Part shown: positions 47,609-61,800 of the stretch, piece after piece
Position numbering within the stretch: the stretch's first letter is position 1
How the letters are laid out: every line of letters begins with the position of its first letter
Source of the DNA: Haliotis rubra
Lineage: Eukaryota
Direction: 5' to 3'
Assembly (NCBI RefSeq): GCF_003918875.1
Contig: NW_025767273.1
Span: 620,001-684,000, forward strand
Length of the DNA stretch: 64,000 nt
Program-made: the position numbers and the translations under genes
The notes under the pieces: generated by a model
What the model was told of the DNA's origin: nothing
Seen by the model: only the letters and a program-made list of their open reading frames with translations
The model's database searches: none

Positions 47609-50600
47609 CTGATGCCAGGGAGTTGTCGACTTCATCACAGCCAAAAGATGCAGTCGAGAATAACCTCATGCGCCAAGTTTTCCCGGCATGCATTTTGTGT
47701 CACTGAAGAGGTAAATACGGTTGAATGATTAGTCGCTAGACAAAACCCCGAGTAATTGCCTCTAAACGCCCTACAAACAGAGTTGGTTCACGTATTTTTG
47801 TTATGTATGCCGTGTTGTACCTTCATTCATTGACACCTTCTGTGAATTATGACAAAATACATTTTTGTGCAGATTACCAAAACAAACCATCTTTACCTAA
47901 GCTGTGCCATGAACAAGCACATCAAAGCTGTCAATACACAAATGTGTTCTAAAACTAGAGACACCAGACGTATACCACAGGGGAATTAGCAGTTGCTCTG
48001 GCTAGTTTTATTCTCAAGAAAACAGCTCGCCCTGATCTCACTAGTAAATGCAATTATGGCTAAAACATCGGAAAACTATAGCTTCAGAAACAAGTAGAAT
48101 TGTACGCAAACAACGGTATTTTATCGTCGTAAAGTGCGTTAGTTAAAAAGAAGTAGAAATGACGTTTGTTCATGGGGCAGAAAATAATAAGCAGGAGGAA
48201 CACAGTTTTATAATGATGACTTTTTCTGGAAACGGTGGTATCGTCTTACCGCCAGCGACTCAGATACAACTGGATATATTGCGGAAAGGTACCGGATTTG
48301 GATATGTTATCAAATGTTAACCATTGACCTATAGTAACGTTATATTTTGACTACCTCAGCCAGCTCCTTTTGGAGCTAAGCGGACCACCCCAGTTCCGCA
48401 CAGAATGTCCACCGCTTGGGAATATCTGAGGTCACATTCAGCATGACCAGTCCACATGTTATAAAACAACACTACATATTAAAACGTATGGCCAGTGATC
48501 ATTACTGGATGGATGTACATTTGAAAAGCACAAACATCTTACACACAACAATGAAATCCCAGCTGATTGAATCATGCCAGTTGCACTGAAGGCTCCCTGC
48601 AAAAACTGCTGGTCAAACGTGGGACTCTAATTCGGTATAGTGTAGCCTGCTAGTCGATCTATATTGTATACTATTGTTAGAGAGGAAATATTAAACGTGG
48701 TATATGAGCAATCTGTCTTATCCACACTCTCATATATTGTGATTCAAGCGCAGACGCCACTATTTTGTACATTCAATTGTACATTTTGTAGCAAGAAACA
48801 GCGCCGGCTTATTGATACATTTCAGTTTCAATTACACAAAAAAGAAAGTAGGTAACTTGTATATATTTGCATCCATTTTATTTGCAGCTATTTTGCAGTG
48901 GGGATGTAAAATACTCAGGTCAATCACTTGGTCTCGTAATTGCAGGTGAGTGGACGTCATTGGAGTATATTTCGAAAGTCAATGTCATGCATGAAAAGGA
49001 ACTTGTGCAACAAATGTCCACTAATAAACGGTCTGGCTGTGCATTGTAAATGTGAAAGTTATTCACACAAGAGTCCAGTCATCGACTTTCACGACTATTA
49101 CGGCTTTTGTAGCTTAACAGGGGAGGGGAACGGTCTGTGTGTGCGTGTTTTCCTGATCTCGTAGTGGGTGTGATCGCTGGTGGGTACGTTGATGCTGTCC
49201 CAAAGGATGTTGTGGTATGGTAGAGCTTGGATATGTCAAACATGGCGGATCTAGAGTCTTTGTTCTTCACTGAGATTTGGTGATGTTGAATTCTTACAGG
49301 GAGAACCTTGAAGTTTCACCGATATAGGACTCCCAGTTTTGTGTGGTCAACTGTACCTGAAGGTTGTGTATGGTTTACCTCCCAGGAACACAACATCAAT
49401 GTTGGCTTGGTCTTTGAGGTGACAGTGATTTGGTGACTGAAGCTTTTTGTTGGCGTTGGAGCTTCTCTTTCGGTTTGAGGGCGTTGTTCATGATGCGGTC
49501 AACGCAGCTGGCAGGATAATTGTAGTAGGACTCGAAGATATGGTCCAGGTGAGTTCGGCCTCCAGTTGATCAAGTGTGGAGCAGATAATAAGGAAATATA
49601 TCACCACGTCGGGCTAGTGTGGCTATTATGCGTCTTTTGACGTGTGGGGTTGATGGGTGATAAAGGTGCTGAGTGATGTGGACTGGCTTACGTTATACAC
49701 TGTTGTCTTCTTTTTACACTCTGACATCTAGGAAAGTGAGTTGGTTGTCTGTTTCTTTATCCATGGTGAACTGCATTCGAGGCTTTTGGCCATTGAGGTC
49801 GTCGGGAATGTTGTTGGGATTATCATCAGGGTTGAGGATTACAAAGGCTCCTCTTTACCTGAAGATGAGGGTGATTGGCGATGTCTGAGTGTTCTGTAGT
49901 CTAGGAGAGTCATGTAGATATCGGTGATGATGGGAAAGAGGTGTCAATGGGGAGGCCGTGGGTTTATTGAAGAGTCTTGTCTTGCCAGATAATGTGCTGT
50001 AACTGATGCAGTGATTGATAAGTCGGTTGATACTGTCGGTGGAGAGGTGGGTGCCTAAGGTAACCTGGATGTCTTCTCCTCTGCTTCTGATGATGGTAAC
50101 GACTTCTTCTCTGAACGTTCGTAATGAAGGACAGCAGGGTTTTCAAGGGATCCAGGAGGTGGGCAAGGTGCTGGGCAGTATTGTAGTGGACTCACTGTTT
50201 GTTTAACTGATAATAAATGTGTGAGGTGAACCATGCAGGCGATAAACTTTATGACTCTGGAGAAACCCACACATTGTGTCATTCCGACGAACAGATAAAC
50301 AAAATGAGGGCGAACCGTTGATCATCAGTACACTGTCAGGTGATTTATGTGACGCAAAATCCAAATATGTGTATTCTCCAGAATCCCAGACACTCGCTGA
50401 TGCAGCAGCAGACAAGGTGAAGGTCACCTACAAAGACGTCAAACCCGCCATTGTGACCATCGAAGACGCCATTAGAGAGGAGAGTTACCATGCCAACCCT
50501 ATGATAGATCATAAAACCGGAGATCCGGAAGGTAAGGATGACCGTAGTTACAATCACATGCACATTCATTTGACTCTCAGACTGACAGTTGAATCGGCTA

Positions 50601-53600
50601 CTCTAACCTGTTAGCCTCCGACCAGCACCTCTGTGAGATGTGTCCCTCAGCATGGGTCGTCTGTTCGCTGGTTCCAATCTGAAGTTATAACTAGCCCTGA
50701 ACAAGGTCCACGTTTGTCAGCAGCAGCTGTGTGACATTCAACGAAGTGGCACGGTTGTCAATGTGAGCGTTGGGAAACCGTGTTCAAAGTGTATTAAAGT
50801 CATTCATCATTGGTTAGGGGGCCACAGTGATAACAGTTCTTAAACCACTAGGGAAAGTTATGTTCATTGTTCTTGGAAGTGGTTTATTAGCATAACTGCA
50901 TAACTGCCCAAGGGCAAGTATTTCTGTTTAGAAACAATAAAATTGTACTCATTTTGATAACATTTATCATGCATTCAAATGTGAGTATATGAGCGCTAAA
51001 AGATGTTTTTATTCACCATGCTTTCATATGTTCAGACTGGTTGAAAAGTACAATCTTTTCAATGACTTTGCTAAATATGTTGTTAATGGCAATGTACTCA
51101 GTAAATCCAAGTGGACTAGCACTGTGTTGGAGAAAATGCACTGCATGGATATGTCCCTCCTTACCAGCCGCATGATGAGATGAAAGGACCTATCAAGATA
51201 TGCCTCTATCAGATCTGTTGAACATAATAAACTGTGGCTGTTAAGTCAACATTATCCATGTAAATTTAAAAAGCTGTCGCGTATTGTCTCACTTGCATCA
51301 AGAAGACTTCAATCAAAAGAATGCTGTTGTGGTACAGTTGCTCATGATATCATTAAGCATGTGTTCATATCTTGCCGTATAAATATGATAGAAATGAACT
51401 GTATGAAAGTGTCATTGAAATACTCGATGTCGATTGCTTTGTGAACTTGTGGCAAACGATGATGACATTATGATTACATTTCTACTTGGTAGTCTTCCAG
51501 AATGTGCTGCTGACATTGATTTTGATATCTGGTGCTGCTGATTTTTTTTATAAATGCAAACATCTATTTGTGTATCACCTGTACATTAAACCTGTAATAA
51601 CTATTTAAACTGTACCCTTGTAATCTTCAATTGTGGAGGAAATAAAGACAATCTATTTATCTATCTATACACTGATGAAACATATTTCACTCCAGATGCA
51701 CTGAGCAAGGCTTCTCGCAAACTGACAGGCGAATGCAGACAAGGAGGTCTTTATCATTTCTACATCGAAAATAACGTAAGTTGCTGAAACTAATCTGTAT
51801 TTAACCTACATCAGAGGTGTCCTACATCGGGGGCAGGGGGTGAACACTGACAAGAACTGACTTAGCTAACCCCTTGATGTATTTGCAACAATAACCAGTA
51901 TATGTGTTACTTTATCAAATGCATGCCTTTCACTGATTCTCTGCAGGTGGCGCTGGCTGTTCCGGCTGAAGACCGTCTAGACGTGTACAGTTCCTCCCAG
52001 GGCACCGACATAGTTCACGCAGTCCTTTCCACAGTCCTAGGCAAACCCCTCAACTAGTACGTATCTGACACATTTCCTTTTCAGTTTCACCAAAATCAGT
52101 AAAAGGTTGTAACACCCTTGGATGCACGTGTGAGAAAAATGACACCAGGAAATGACGAAGTAGGGAAAGCAAAGTTTGCAGTGATGCATGCAAACTTTAT
52201 GATTAATGATGTTTTAAGGTTTAAGGGCACCAATGTAGGTGCAACGTATTAACAATGCGATAACATAAATGATGCCAATAAATATCCCCAAAGTACTGAT
52301 CTAACATTACTAGGCCTATAGACAGATTTAATGACAATGCTCAGTCTCCAGGGAAATAATAGTTATTTAGTTATTTCAACTTGAATCCGGGGCGGTGGGG
52401 TAGCCTAGTGGTTAAAGCGTTCGCTCGTCACGCCGAAGACACTGACTGACTCACTCAACAGATCCCTTCCGGAAATGATGCTGTGTAGAATATGTTATCA
52501 AGAAAGTGATTCTAAATTTGACTTACAAATATATCCCCAGTGACAGCTATGATGGTAATTATAAGGGCGGTAGAGGTGCCAGGTAAAAGTAAGAGCAGGA
52601 TCCTATAGTAAGAGTCATGAATGGAATGTCATTGTGTCCTGGGCCATAACCCTATTTATAGTCATCATTAACAGGTCATGTGACCTTTCTCAATAATCAG
52701 AAGACATGTTTGATAGCTTTCATACAAGAAACACTGCATAGGTAGTGTTATTTATAACATAAGTAAGTGGTTACTAATTGTCCTTATGTTGTCCTGTTTG
52801 TCCGAATACAATTGGTACACAGTAGAAATGATCAGGAAATCGAGTCAATTTGTTATAATTAATCGGACAATATCTTTTCGCCAACGTAGCGTCAGTGGCC
52901 GCCATTTTGGTTGGTGGTCAGCTCTATGACAAGAAAGAATCAGTTTCCTATATCAATTGGTATTGTCCTTATGTGACACAGAGTGTCCGAAAAGATGGAT
53001 GATGAACAAATGAGATTTGTGCTAAGATCTGACATAACAATAATAAAAGTATAACCATATATTCAGAATAGCGACTGGGACATAATAATTCGGACACTAA
53101 CACGATTTACTAAAACTCTACTAAAAATTTACTAAACGGCACCAATGTCAAAACACAGAAACGACTGTCATATTGCGGGGCGGTGGGGTAACCTAATGGT
53201 TCCAGGCGGTCGCTCGTCACGCTGAATATCGGGTTCGATTCCCCAGAATGGCACAATGTGTGAAGCTCATTTCTGGTGTCCCCCGCCGTGATAGTGCTGC
53301 TAAAAGCGGTGTAAAACTAAACTCACTCACTCAATGTCATTTTGCAGGTACAAATGTAGGAAATACAGGAAAATATATAGTGTCCTTTATGCCTTAAGAC
53401 AATGCATTTCTATCATAAATGCAGGAAGATATTAGACAATGAACATGTGACTTTGATAAAAACGGACATCCAGTATATATACAGTCACTATGCCTAACCT
53501 CAATGTTGTTGACAGGCCACCGCAACCTTACATATGTCAAACAGATCAAATTAGTTATTCTTTGCTATCAAGTGTGATTTTCATTGGTATCACGGGAAAT

Positions 53601-56600
53601 ACTTTTAAAAACTTCTGAGCATGAAAGTTATCAGAAAATCGTCATTAACTACTGTAGTAGGTCATTGTTTATCTGGGTCAAAAGTCGGACTTAGTTTCTA
53701 TAAATAGCCACGATGCAGGAGTGTACACAAGAAATAGTCCCTGACAAATAACGTTGTTATCACTCAAAATACATTATGATTCCTTACAGTGAATAAATCT
53801 ATTATTTGGAGACATGACATACATAAGCCTGTTTAGTGGTACACATTTCAAAACAAGCAACCTGTACTATAAGTATACAAAGTTATAATGGTGGGGCGCG
53901 GTGGGCGAGCTGGCTAAGACGCCAGGCTAGTGATCCAGCGAGGTTGAGGTGCCCACCTGTGACCGGGTGTAAAAACCTTGGAGTCAACTTTCTGTGCAGA
54001 CTCTTTCAGTGTTGTCACAACCCCTAGTGTACAGTATACATCCCTGTGCACTTAAAAGAACCCACGAATCCGTTGGTATATGATCTGATGGTGGCCACAT
54101 GAATACGTGCAAACACCTAGTTGCGGGTACAGCAACGTGCAGTGAACTTGGACAAAGTACTGTGACTATGTGTCCCAGTCCACCCAGCTGTGAATGGGTA
54201 CCTCGTTAGGATGAGAAAGCCACAATAACTCGGTGCGCCTAGTGGCTGCAAGAGTTGTATACTCCCAAGGGAGTTGAGATTGATAATACGATGTGCCGTT
54301 GAGATTGACAACCAGTGATCGAGGGGAAAATACCAGCGCCTTGAGCATGCACTAGTTGCCTGGATATGTGCGCTATATAATTATCCTATAATAATAATAA
54401 TAATAATAATAATCCGAGTAGAGAAGTTATCTCCAAATATCAAAACAAACAATGAATGATCACAAGAGGTTTATTTCAAAGAGTAGTGTTGGGGTGCTCC
54501 ATTATATGTTTATGTTCATGAGTAGACAAACTGGGAGTAGTCATATTGCGAGTAGTCATAATGTGACGATACCACATACGCCTGTATAGCAGTACAGAAT
54601 GACATCAGTAGTAATATCCTTCATGGATGTAAATAGCGTAGTAACACACAGTGGTAGTTAGGTCATGTCTGACAAGTGCTGCTACCGCAAACGTTCAGTG
54701 CTTGATAAAACACAGCTATCATTCAACAGTGAATATGCCCCCTTAAAGATGACTCAGATATGTGGACTTCAGAACAAGTTAACTGATCTTATTATTTACT
54801 TTAATGTTAACATTATGGATGGACATTTGCAATAGATCGTGATACAACGAAAATAGGTGACACTTATGATTGGGAAGGTTTTCCCCGCTTATCTTTTTGT
54901 GCTGACATTTGTTCACTCAGTTGGCACAATGAACAAACTCAAACATGCATTATTTCATTTCACATATGTGAATGTTTCAGACCTCCAAACCAAACATCTC
55001 ATGCTTAGTTAGTAGGTTTACGAAACTCACCGACAAAACATTTGGAGAGAAAAGAGCCGAGATGCCCCCAGGGCCGTCCGTAAGAATGGGTGAACGACAC
55101 GTGGAAATAATCTTTAGCTAACTAACAGCCCCGATCAGCTGTCTTTCATGATCTTCCCTTGGTACAATAGTCTTTCTCAGCTGACTATCGTCACTGGAAG
55201 TTAAACATTGATTAACTTTTTCCCGACCACCTACATAGAACTGAGGGAAAGTAATTTTGACAGATATCATTTAGCAACTGTCAAACATTACAAACAGGCA
55301 TTCTTGAGGATCCACTTTGATGAGATATGAATCTTGTAATGAGCCCTCAAGACAACAAAAGGATCTATATTGAATCCCTGGTTTGAGACTTGAGAAACCG
55401 ATCGTCATCGCGCAAAAGTGAGCAATTTTGCTTTTACAATTGATTTTCCTCTTTGGTTCAAGCCAATCAATAGATCTGGTCAATATCTATCAATATCGCT
55501 GGTATACTCACTCCTTATTGGAACCAAATGCTCCCATAACAAACACTACGTGCTATAAAGGACTGTGCTCGTCCATATACAAGTAATTATCCAACGTAAC
55601 CACTGCCTGTGAAAAAACGCTGCCTGTAAAACGTTAACTGTGTTTCTGTGTTCAGCTTCAACGTGTGCACTCCTCGAGTAGGCGGGGCATTCGGGGGTAA
55701 ATCATTTGGCGCCCTCCCTGTTGCTGCTGCAGCTGGTTTGGGAGCCTACAAACACAACAGGTGAGCACGTACCTGCTTCATGTACTTACTTCAGCAGATA
55801 TTATGCTGTAATAATTTCACTTTTGTATTGTTATATGGACTGGATAAAACAACTTAAGCTGATTATTCCCAGGCCAGTGAAATGTAATGTTGGCCTGTCG
55901 GCGTCGATGAGAATGAACGGGAAAGACCTGCTTTGTGGGCGAAGTATGAGGTAAGTAGATTACGACAGTATCTTGACACCTTTGGTAGAGGGTGGGGTAT
56001 GGGGAGTTTTTGTACAACCCAGAGTACAACCCTTTGTTGTGCCATGATCCGGTGTTCGTGTGCCCGAAATGCCTCATCGTCTTGATAGGGTGGTCAGAAC
56101 AATAGTCTTGCCCTTTAGTCGTGAAAAGGGTCTTCGCACGATACGCTGTACCAGACTGATACAGCGCTGTACCACACTGATACAGAGTTCAAACCAACTT
56201 TACGGACAGAACAATTTCTGTCCCTTACCATTCACACAAATGCGCATGATCTCCTACCAACAGAAATATCGTTTCATGAATGTTGTCGTCCATGATTGAT
56301 GGGGAATATACAATCGGCTATCTAATAAGCCACGTAACATATGTTATATTTGACATTACGCTTTGAGTTAGTTATAACCGTAGTTGTAGATGTACTGAAA
56401 TACGAGGGTTTGAAGGTTCCCATTTATTCAGAAACCACAAAGTGGCGCGTAAGACATTTTCACAGTGACTGATATCAACATGTATTTATACAGTCACGTA
56501 GCATACTGAGGTACACGCCTTTAATGTCAGTTTTCTCCTCGATGTACCTTGAACAATTCTGACTTCTATGACAGGTGGGGTTCGACGACAGCGGCCGCAT

Positions 56601-57499
56601 CGACGTCATCTCTTTCGAAATTTACGTTAATTGTGGCTACACTGCAAACTTTGCCTTCATATATCACGAAATCCTAACTCATATTGACCAAGGTAAGTTC
56701 CTCCTCCACAGAAAATATATAAGTCTGATATTGTGTTAGAATGACATGTTTTGGCGTCAGTGCTGTTTTACTGTTTTATCTAAAAGTCATCTTTGGATGT
56801 TGTGACCTTTCGTGTTTGATGTACGGCAATATGTCTTGCGTTCATTAGCCGACTTATAAATTCCAATTCAACAGTTTTCAAGAATGAATCTACTTTTCCT
56901 AAACGACTATTTGGTCACTCTTTTACGTTTGTCACGCATTTTCCAGGGTACCACATCCCCAACTGGAGAGTGAAAATAATTCTTTGTAAAACCAACAGAG
57001 CACCCGGAAATCCAATGCGTGGACCAGGTATAATGATTAAACTTTTATCCTTTGTATGTGTCTTACGACGTTTGTATGTGTCTATATGTTTACATTTGAT
57101 CATTCATGAATGATGGACATTTTATGAAGAATTTGCACTGGCATTTCATTACAATGATGTAAGGGGCGGCGGGGCAGCCTAGTGGTTAAAGCGTTCGCTC
57201 GTCACTCCGAAGGCCCAGGTTCGATTCCCCACATAGGTACAATGTGTGAAGCCCATTTCCGGTGTCCCCAGCCGTGATATTGCTGAAAGCGACTTTAAAA
57301 CATTTATTCACTCACTCACAATACTGTTTGCTATTGACCTTTGTAATGGCATGCCATATATGTGAGTATATAGTGTTATCCTTGTTCAGGCCCCTACCCA
57401 GCGGGATTCCTCATTGAGGCCGTGTTGGAAAATGTGGCCCAAAGTCTTGGCAAAGTTGCAGCTGATGTGAAAGAGGCCAACCTTTACAAAGAAGGCCAG
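47609..57499 (+). CDS. Xanthine dehydrogenase/aldehyde oxidase-family molybdoenzyme, internal part. Exons 47609-47710, 48888-48945, 50382-50531, 51696-51775, 51947-52056, 55656-55760, 55873-55950, 56575-56692, 56947-57027, 57390-57499
   Basis: PGVVDFITAKD, LFCSGDVKYSGQSLGLVIAE, IVTIEDAI, GGLYHFYIEN, VYSSSQ, RVGGAFGGK, RPVK, VGFDDSGRI, YHIPN..CKTN..MRGPG, VKEANLY. Phases are consistent except for a 1-nt deficit near 55923 and indels in the first exon. Confidence 0.9.
49120..50250 (-). mobile_element. Degenerate Penelope-like element (RT + GIY-YIG endonuclease)
   Basis: Minus-strand fragments PIITDIYM, FLDVR, VYRKPVHITQHL, SYIGETSR and HNILWDSI, with many disruptions. Confidence 0.7.
53177..53333 (+). 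mobile_element. tRNA-derived SINE (family A)
   Basis: Head and tail as in other copies, with near-perfect TSD tgtcat(a/t)ttgc. Further copies lie at 52389-52457 (deleted) and 57163-57318. Confidence 0.88.
53890..54413 (+). mobile_element. Long composite SINE: tRNA-like head, Nin/Deu-like domain, Meta-like domain, L2-type tail
   Basis: gagtcaactttctgtgcagactc..gtgcacttaaaagaaccc; ccacccagctgtgaatgggtacc; gcgccttgagc..gcgctatataa followed by (TAA)n. Confidence 0.7.
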
Positions 57500-57764
57500 G
57501 TAAGATGCCAGCAAGCACATGGCATTACATGTGTGTGTATGACGACACGGGGTATACACGATGGTGGTGCGTGTTAATTCTAAGCTGAAACTAAACGCTA
57601 TTGGGGATCAGTCCGCAGAGGAACTCTGCCTGAAGCCACCATAGAACAAATGGATGTGACATAGTTTATCAATCAATCTAATTCACAATAAAAGTATTGA
57701 AATACTGTGGCAGAAGTATTCAAATGGCAGAATAATACAAACGCAGTAGTCGATCTTCCAATAA

Positions 57765-58821
57765 CAGTAGCATCCAGGGTAAGGATAATCTCCACACAAT
57801 TGTAGTATCCAGGGTAAGGATAATCTCCACACAATTGTAGTATCCAGGGTAAGGATAATCTCCACACAATTGTAGTATCCAGGGTAAGGATAATCTCCAC
57901 ACATTTGTAGTATCCAGGGTAAGGATAATCTCCACACAATTGTAGTATCCAGGGTAAGGATAATCTCCACACAATTGTAGTATCCAGGGTAAGGATAATC
58001 TCCACACAATTGTAGTATCCAGGGTAGGGAGGATCTCCACACAATTGTAGTATCCAGGGTAAGGATAATCTCCACACAATTGTAGTTTCCAGGGTAAGGA
58101 GGATCTCCACACAATTGTAGTATCAGGGTAGGAGGATCTCACACAATTGTAGTATCCAGGGTAAGGATAATCTCCACACAATTGTAGTATCCAGGGTAAG
58201 GAGGATCTCCACACAATTGTAGTATCCAGGGTAGGGAGGATCTCCACACAATTGTAGTATCCAGGGTAAGGATAATCTCCACACAATTGTAGTATCCAGG
58301 GTAAGGATAATCTCCACACAATTGTAGTATCCAGGGTAAGGATAATCTCCACACAATTGTAGTATCCAGGGTAGGGAGGATCTCCACACAATTGTAGTAT
58401 CGAGGGTAAGGATAATCTCCACACAATTGTAGTATCCAGGGTAGGATAATCTCCCACACAATTGTAGTATCCAGGGTAAGGAGGATCTCCACACAATTGT
58501 AGTATCCAGGGTAAGGATAATCTCCACACAATTGTAGTATCCAGGGTAAGGATAATCTCCACACAATTGTAGTATCCAGGGTAAGGAGGATCTCCACACA
58601 ATTGTAGTATCCAGGGTAAGGATAATCTCCACACAATTGTAGTATCCAGGGTAAGGAGGATCTCCACACAATTGTAGTATCCAGGGTAAGGATAATCTCC
58701 ACACAATTGTAGTATCCAGGGTAGGGATAATCTCCACACAATTGTAGTATCCAGGGTAAGGATAATCTCCACACAACTGTAGTGTCCAGGGTAAGGATGA
58801 TCTCCACACAATTGTAGTATC
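57765..58821. repeat. 35-bp minisatellite, left array
   Basis: Unit atccagggtaaggataatctccacacaattgtagt, about 30 copies. The 35-aa ORF periodicity equals 3 units. Confidence 0.97.
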
Positions 58822-61800
58822 AGACAGGTTTTATTCAGTAATGTAGGCACAGTGGCCCATAGTACAGTTGAATTTTCATTTTAACAAATATTGGTCACGT
58901 GACACGAAATTATGGTTTTACATGTGATTTAAGGATGGACATCAAATGTTTTATGAAAATGGCAGCTGATTTAATAGTGTCATCGTTATTAGAATTAAGT
59001 ATTTTATATATCGTTTGTGGGGCATCATTAAAGCATTTTAGATACTTCTTTCGGCCAGCAGAGAATGCCTCACAGTCTAATAATAAGTGACGTTCGTCTT
59101 CAGTTTTACCAGAAGAACAATGAGAACATGATAAATCTTCCAATGTATTTTTATCTTTTCTATAACGCTGTATTTTTAAGGCATGTAGAGATTCTAAATT
59201 TACAAAAATTTCTTAAAAGGGACTTATCATTAAGGACCCTAATATATTTTCAGGTCCGAACATCGATTTACATTGTGAATAATGACTTAGAAAACTCGAT
59301 GAATTTACTGATGCGTGCCAATTCTGAATATATATATCTTTTATTCGTTGCTTAAAGTTAACAAAAACATTTTATATCACCAACATCTTGCTTAAACCAA
59401 ACATAAGAAAAACCGCTTGAAAATAACACATTTCGGACACCAGAAGCCCAAGAATACTTTCCACGTTTGTCTAGGGATAATAATAATTGATAGCTTTGAT
59501 AGGGGTAGCGATAATCAGGCATTCTTATAAGTTTAATCCAGTATCTGATAGCTCTCATTTGACTCTCAATATGCATGCTATAGCGGCCTGTATCGCCAAG
59601 TACGGCTTTGTTGGAAGCAAATTTACCTACAGTAAGAAATCTTTTAAAATATGATGCATGCACATTTTCTATAGCTTCGAAATAGTTTACTCCCCAAATT
59701 TCAGATCCATATAACAATATTGGTGCTATTTTAGTGTCAAAAGTAAGCAAGCTGAGTCAAATGAAATAAACTTATTAGCCTTAAACAGTTTAAAAATAGG
59801 AAATAATGCCTTCTTAGCTTGTGCTGCAAGGGTTTTAGATGCCATGGACCAATTTAATCGGCTGGAAAATAGAAGACCCAAATATTTATAATATGAAACA
59901 ACATTAATACTTTTGCCACGGAATAACCATTTTTCAGAATGTGCCACTATACCCCCATTTCTAAAGACAACTATGTTAGATTTTTCCATATTCAACTCTA
60001 GTCCCCATGTGTCACAAAATGTTTGAAGAATATTTATCTGTCTCTGCAGTCCGTTTACCATGAATGAAAACGTAACAATATCATCTGCAAAGAGAAGCAA
60101 AAGTAAATCTTTGATTTGGGGAGTAACAAATATTCCATTATTACACGATTTATACATATCATCTACAAGTTCATTAATAAAGAAGATGAAGAGTACGGGG
60201 CTTATTACACAGCCTTGTCGCACACCAACGGAAGTGTTAAACGATTCAGTGTTGCCAGAATTAGTTCTAACACAGGCTGCAACAGAGTCATACATGCTTC
60301 TTAAAATATTATACATTTTGCCATGGCATCCTTTGGTATGTAACATAAATAGCAATTTCTTACGGTCAACAAAATCAAAGGCTTTCTTAAAGTCGATGAA
60401 AGCGCAATAGAATCTCCCTTTTGGTCTGCAGAGGTACTTTGTACATAATGACTGTAATATAAATAAATTATCAGTTGTACTATAATCGGATCTAAAACCA
60501 GCTTGAGCCTCGTCAAGTAGCTCGTTTAGATCAACCCAGGCGCGTAAACGCTTTTCTAATATATTAGCAAATAATTTTTCCAGAAATGTTTAGAAGAGAT
60601 ATTCCACGATAGTTGCATGGTTCTGATACACTCCCAGACTTGAATAAAGGGACAATCATACCTATATTCCATACCGATGGGAATTTACCACTATCAAGAA
60701 CTACATTAAATAAATCTTTCAAATATGACACTAAAGAAGTAAAAGTAGATTTGTAAATGAGGGAGGGATACCGTCATGCCCCGCTGCCTTATTCCATTTC
60801 AATTCATTTATAGATTTTATTACCTCATCTTCGGTAATTGGAGTTGACAAAACATCATGCGAGAATGAAAGCTCTTCACACTCATCACAGTTATGCGTTG
60901 AGACAAAATCATACACTGATTTATCAAAATCTGAAAGCAGTTTCGTATCTCTACAGGAAAGGAGACCTTTGAAGTAATGATACCATTGGTACGGAGAAAT
61001 ATTATCTGTGAGAACCGTTTTCTGAAGATGGCGTTTTAACGTGCTCCAAAATATCTTACAGTCAGGATTTCTTGCTGCTATTTTAATATCATCTGCAGCT
61101 TTGGCTAAATAATTATCTTTTTAATTGGCAACATTTTTTAAAATTTTGTTTTGCATTCAAATAAGAATCGAGGGTTAGAATCGCACTTATGTTTTCTGAA
61201 ATAGTTTAAAAGTCTGTATTTTTCTACGACTTAAGTTTGCCGCATTCTTGATCAAACCAAGGAGGTTGGCGCGATTGACGGTGATAGGGTGAAATGAGTC
61301 TGATGGCTCCAGCTCTAACGCCTGATAATTGAAGTAGGGATGTAATTTCAGAAATGGCAGAGTTAACATCAGTATACAGTAGGTCTCTGAAATCATTCAG
61401 GATACCATTCTTTATGCCATCTACCAAGTACATATGAAAACTCTCTCTCTGGTCCTCCGTAGTTTATACCCTACGGACTTGAACATGGGTACTGTATCGT
61501 TACTTAAGCAAGGCGCGGAGGCGATTATGTCATGGATTACACAAACAATCGGGGAGGTGATCCGACTCTGTGCGAGGTTTAACCTCAAAACTATCAATAT
61601 TGTTGAACATCTCAGATGAAATAAGCGCATAATCAACAGTACTACAACCGGTCTTTGAAATGTAACCCAAACTTCCGGGGATATCAGGCAAACTTCTACC
61701 GTTCACAATGTGTATACTCATCGATTTACACAGCTCGAGTAAACACTTTCCATACATATTTGTGACAGTGTCATATGAATTGCGGGGTTTATCAAAGTTA

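Noticed and set aside
34661-57499. Divergent IR + aldehyde oxidase pair as a receptor/odorant-degrading module
   Set aside because: The two genes are joined only across an unsized scaffold gap, so adjacency is unverified.
57673-58850. Long Cys/Tyr-rich ORFs (up to 376 aa) on the minus strand, also at 62859-63994
   Set aside because: These are translations of a stop-free 35-bp minisatellite open in several frames, with no gene structure.
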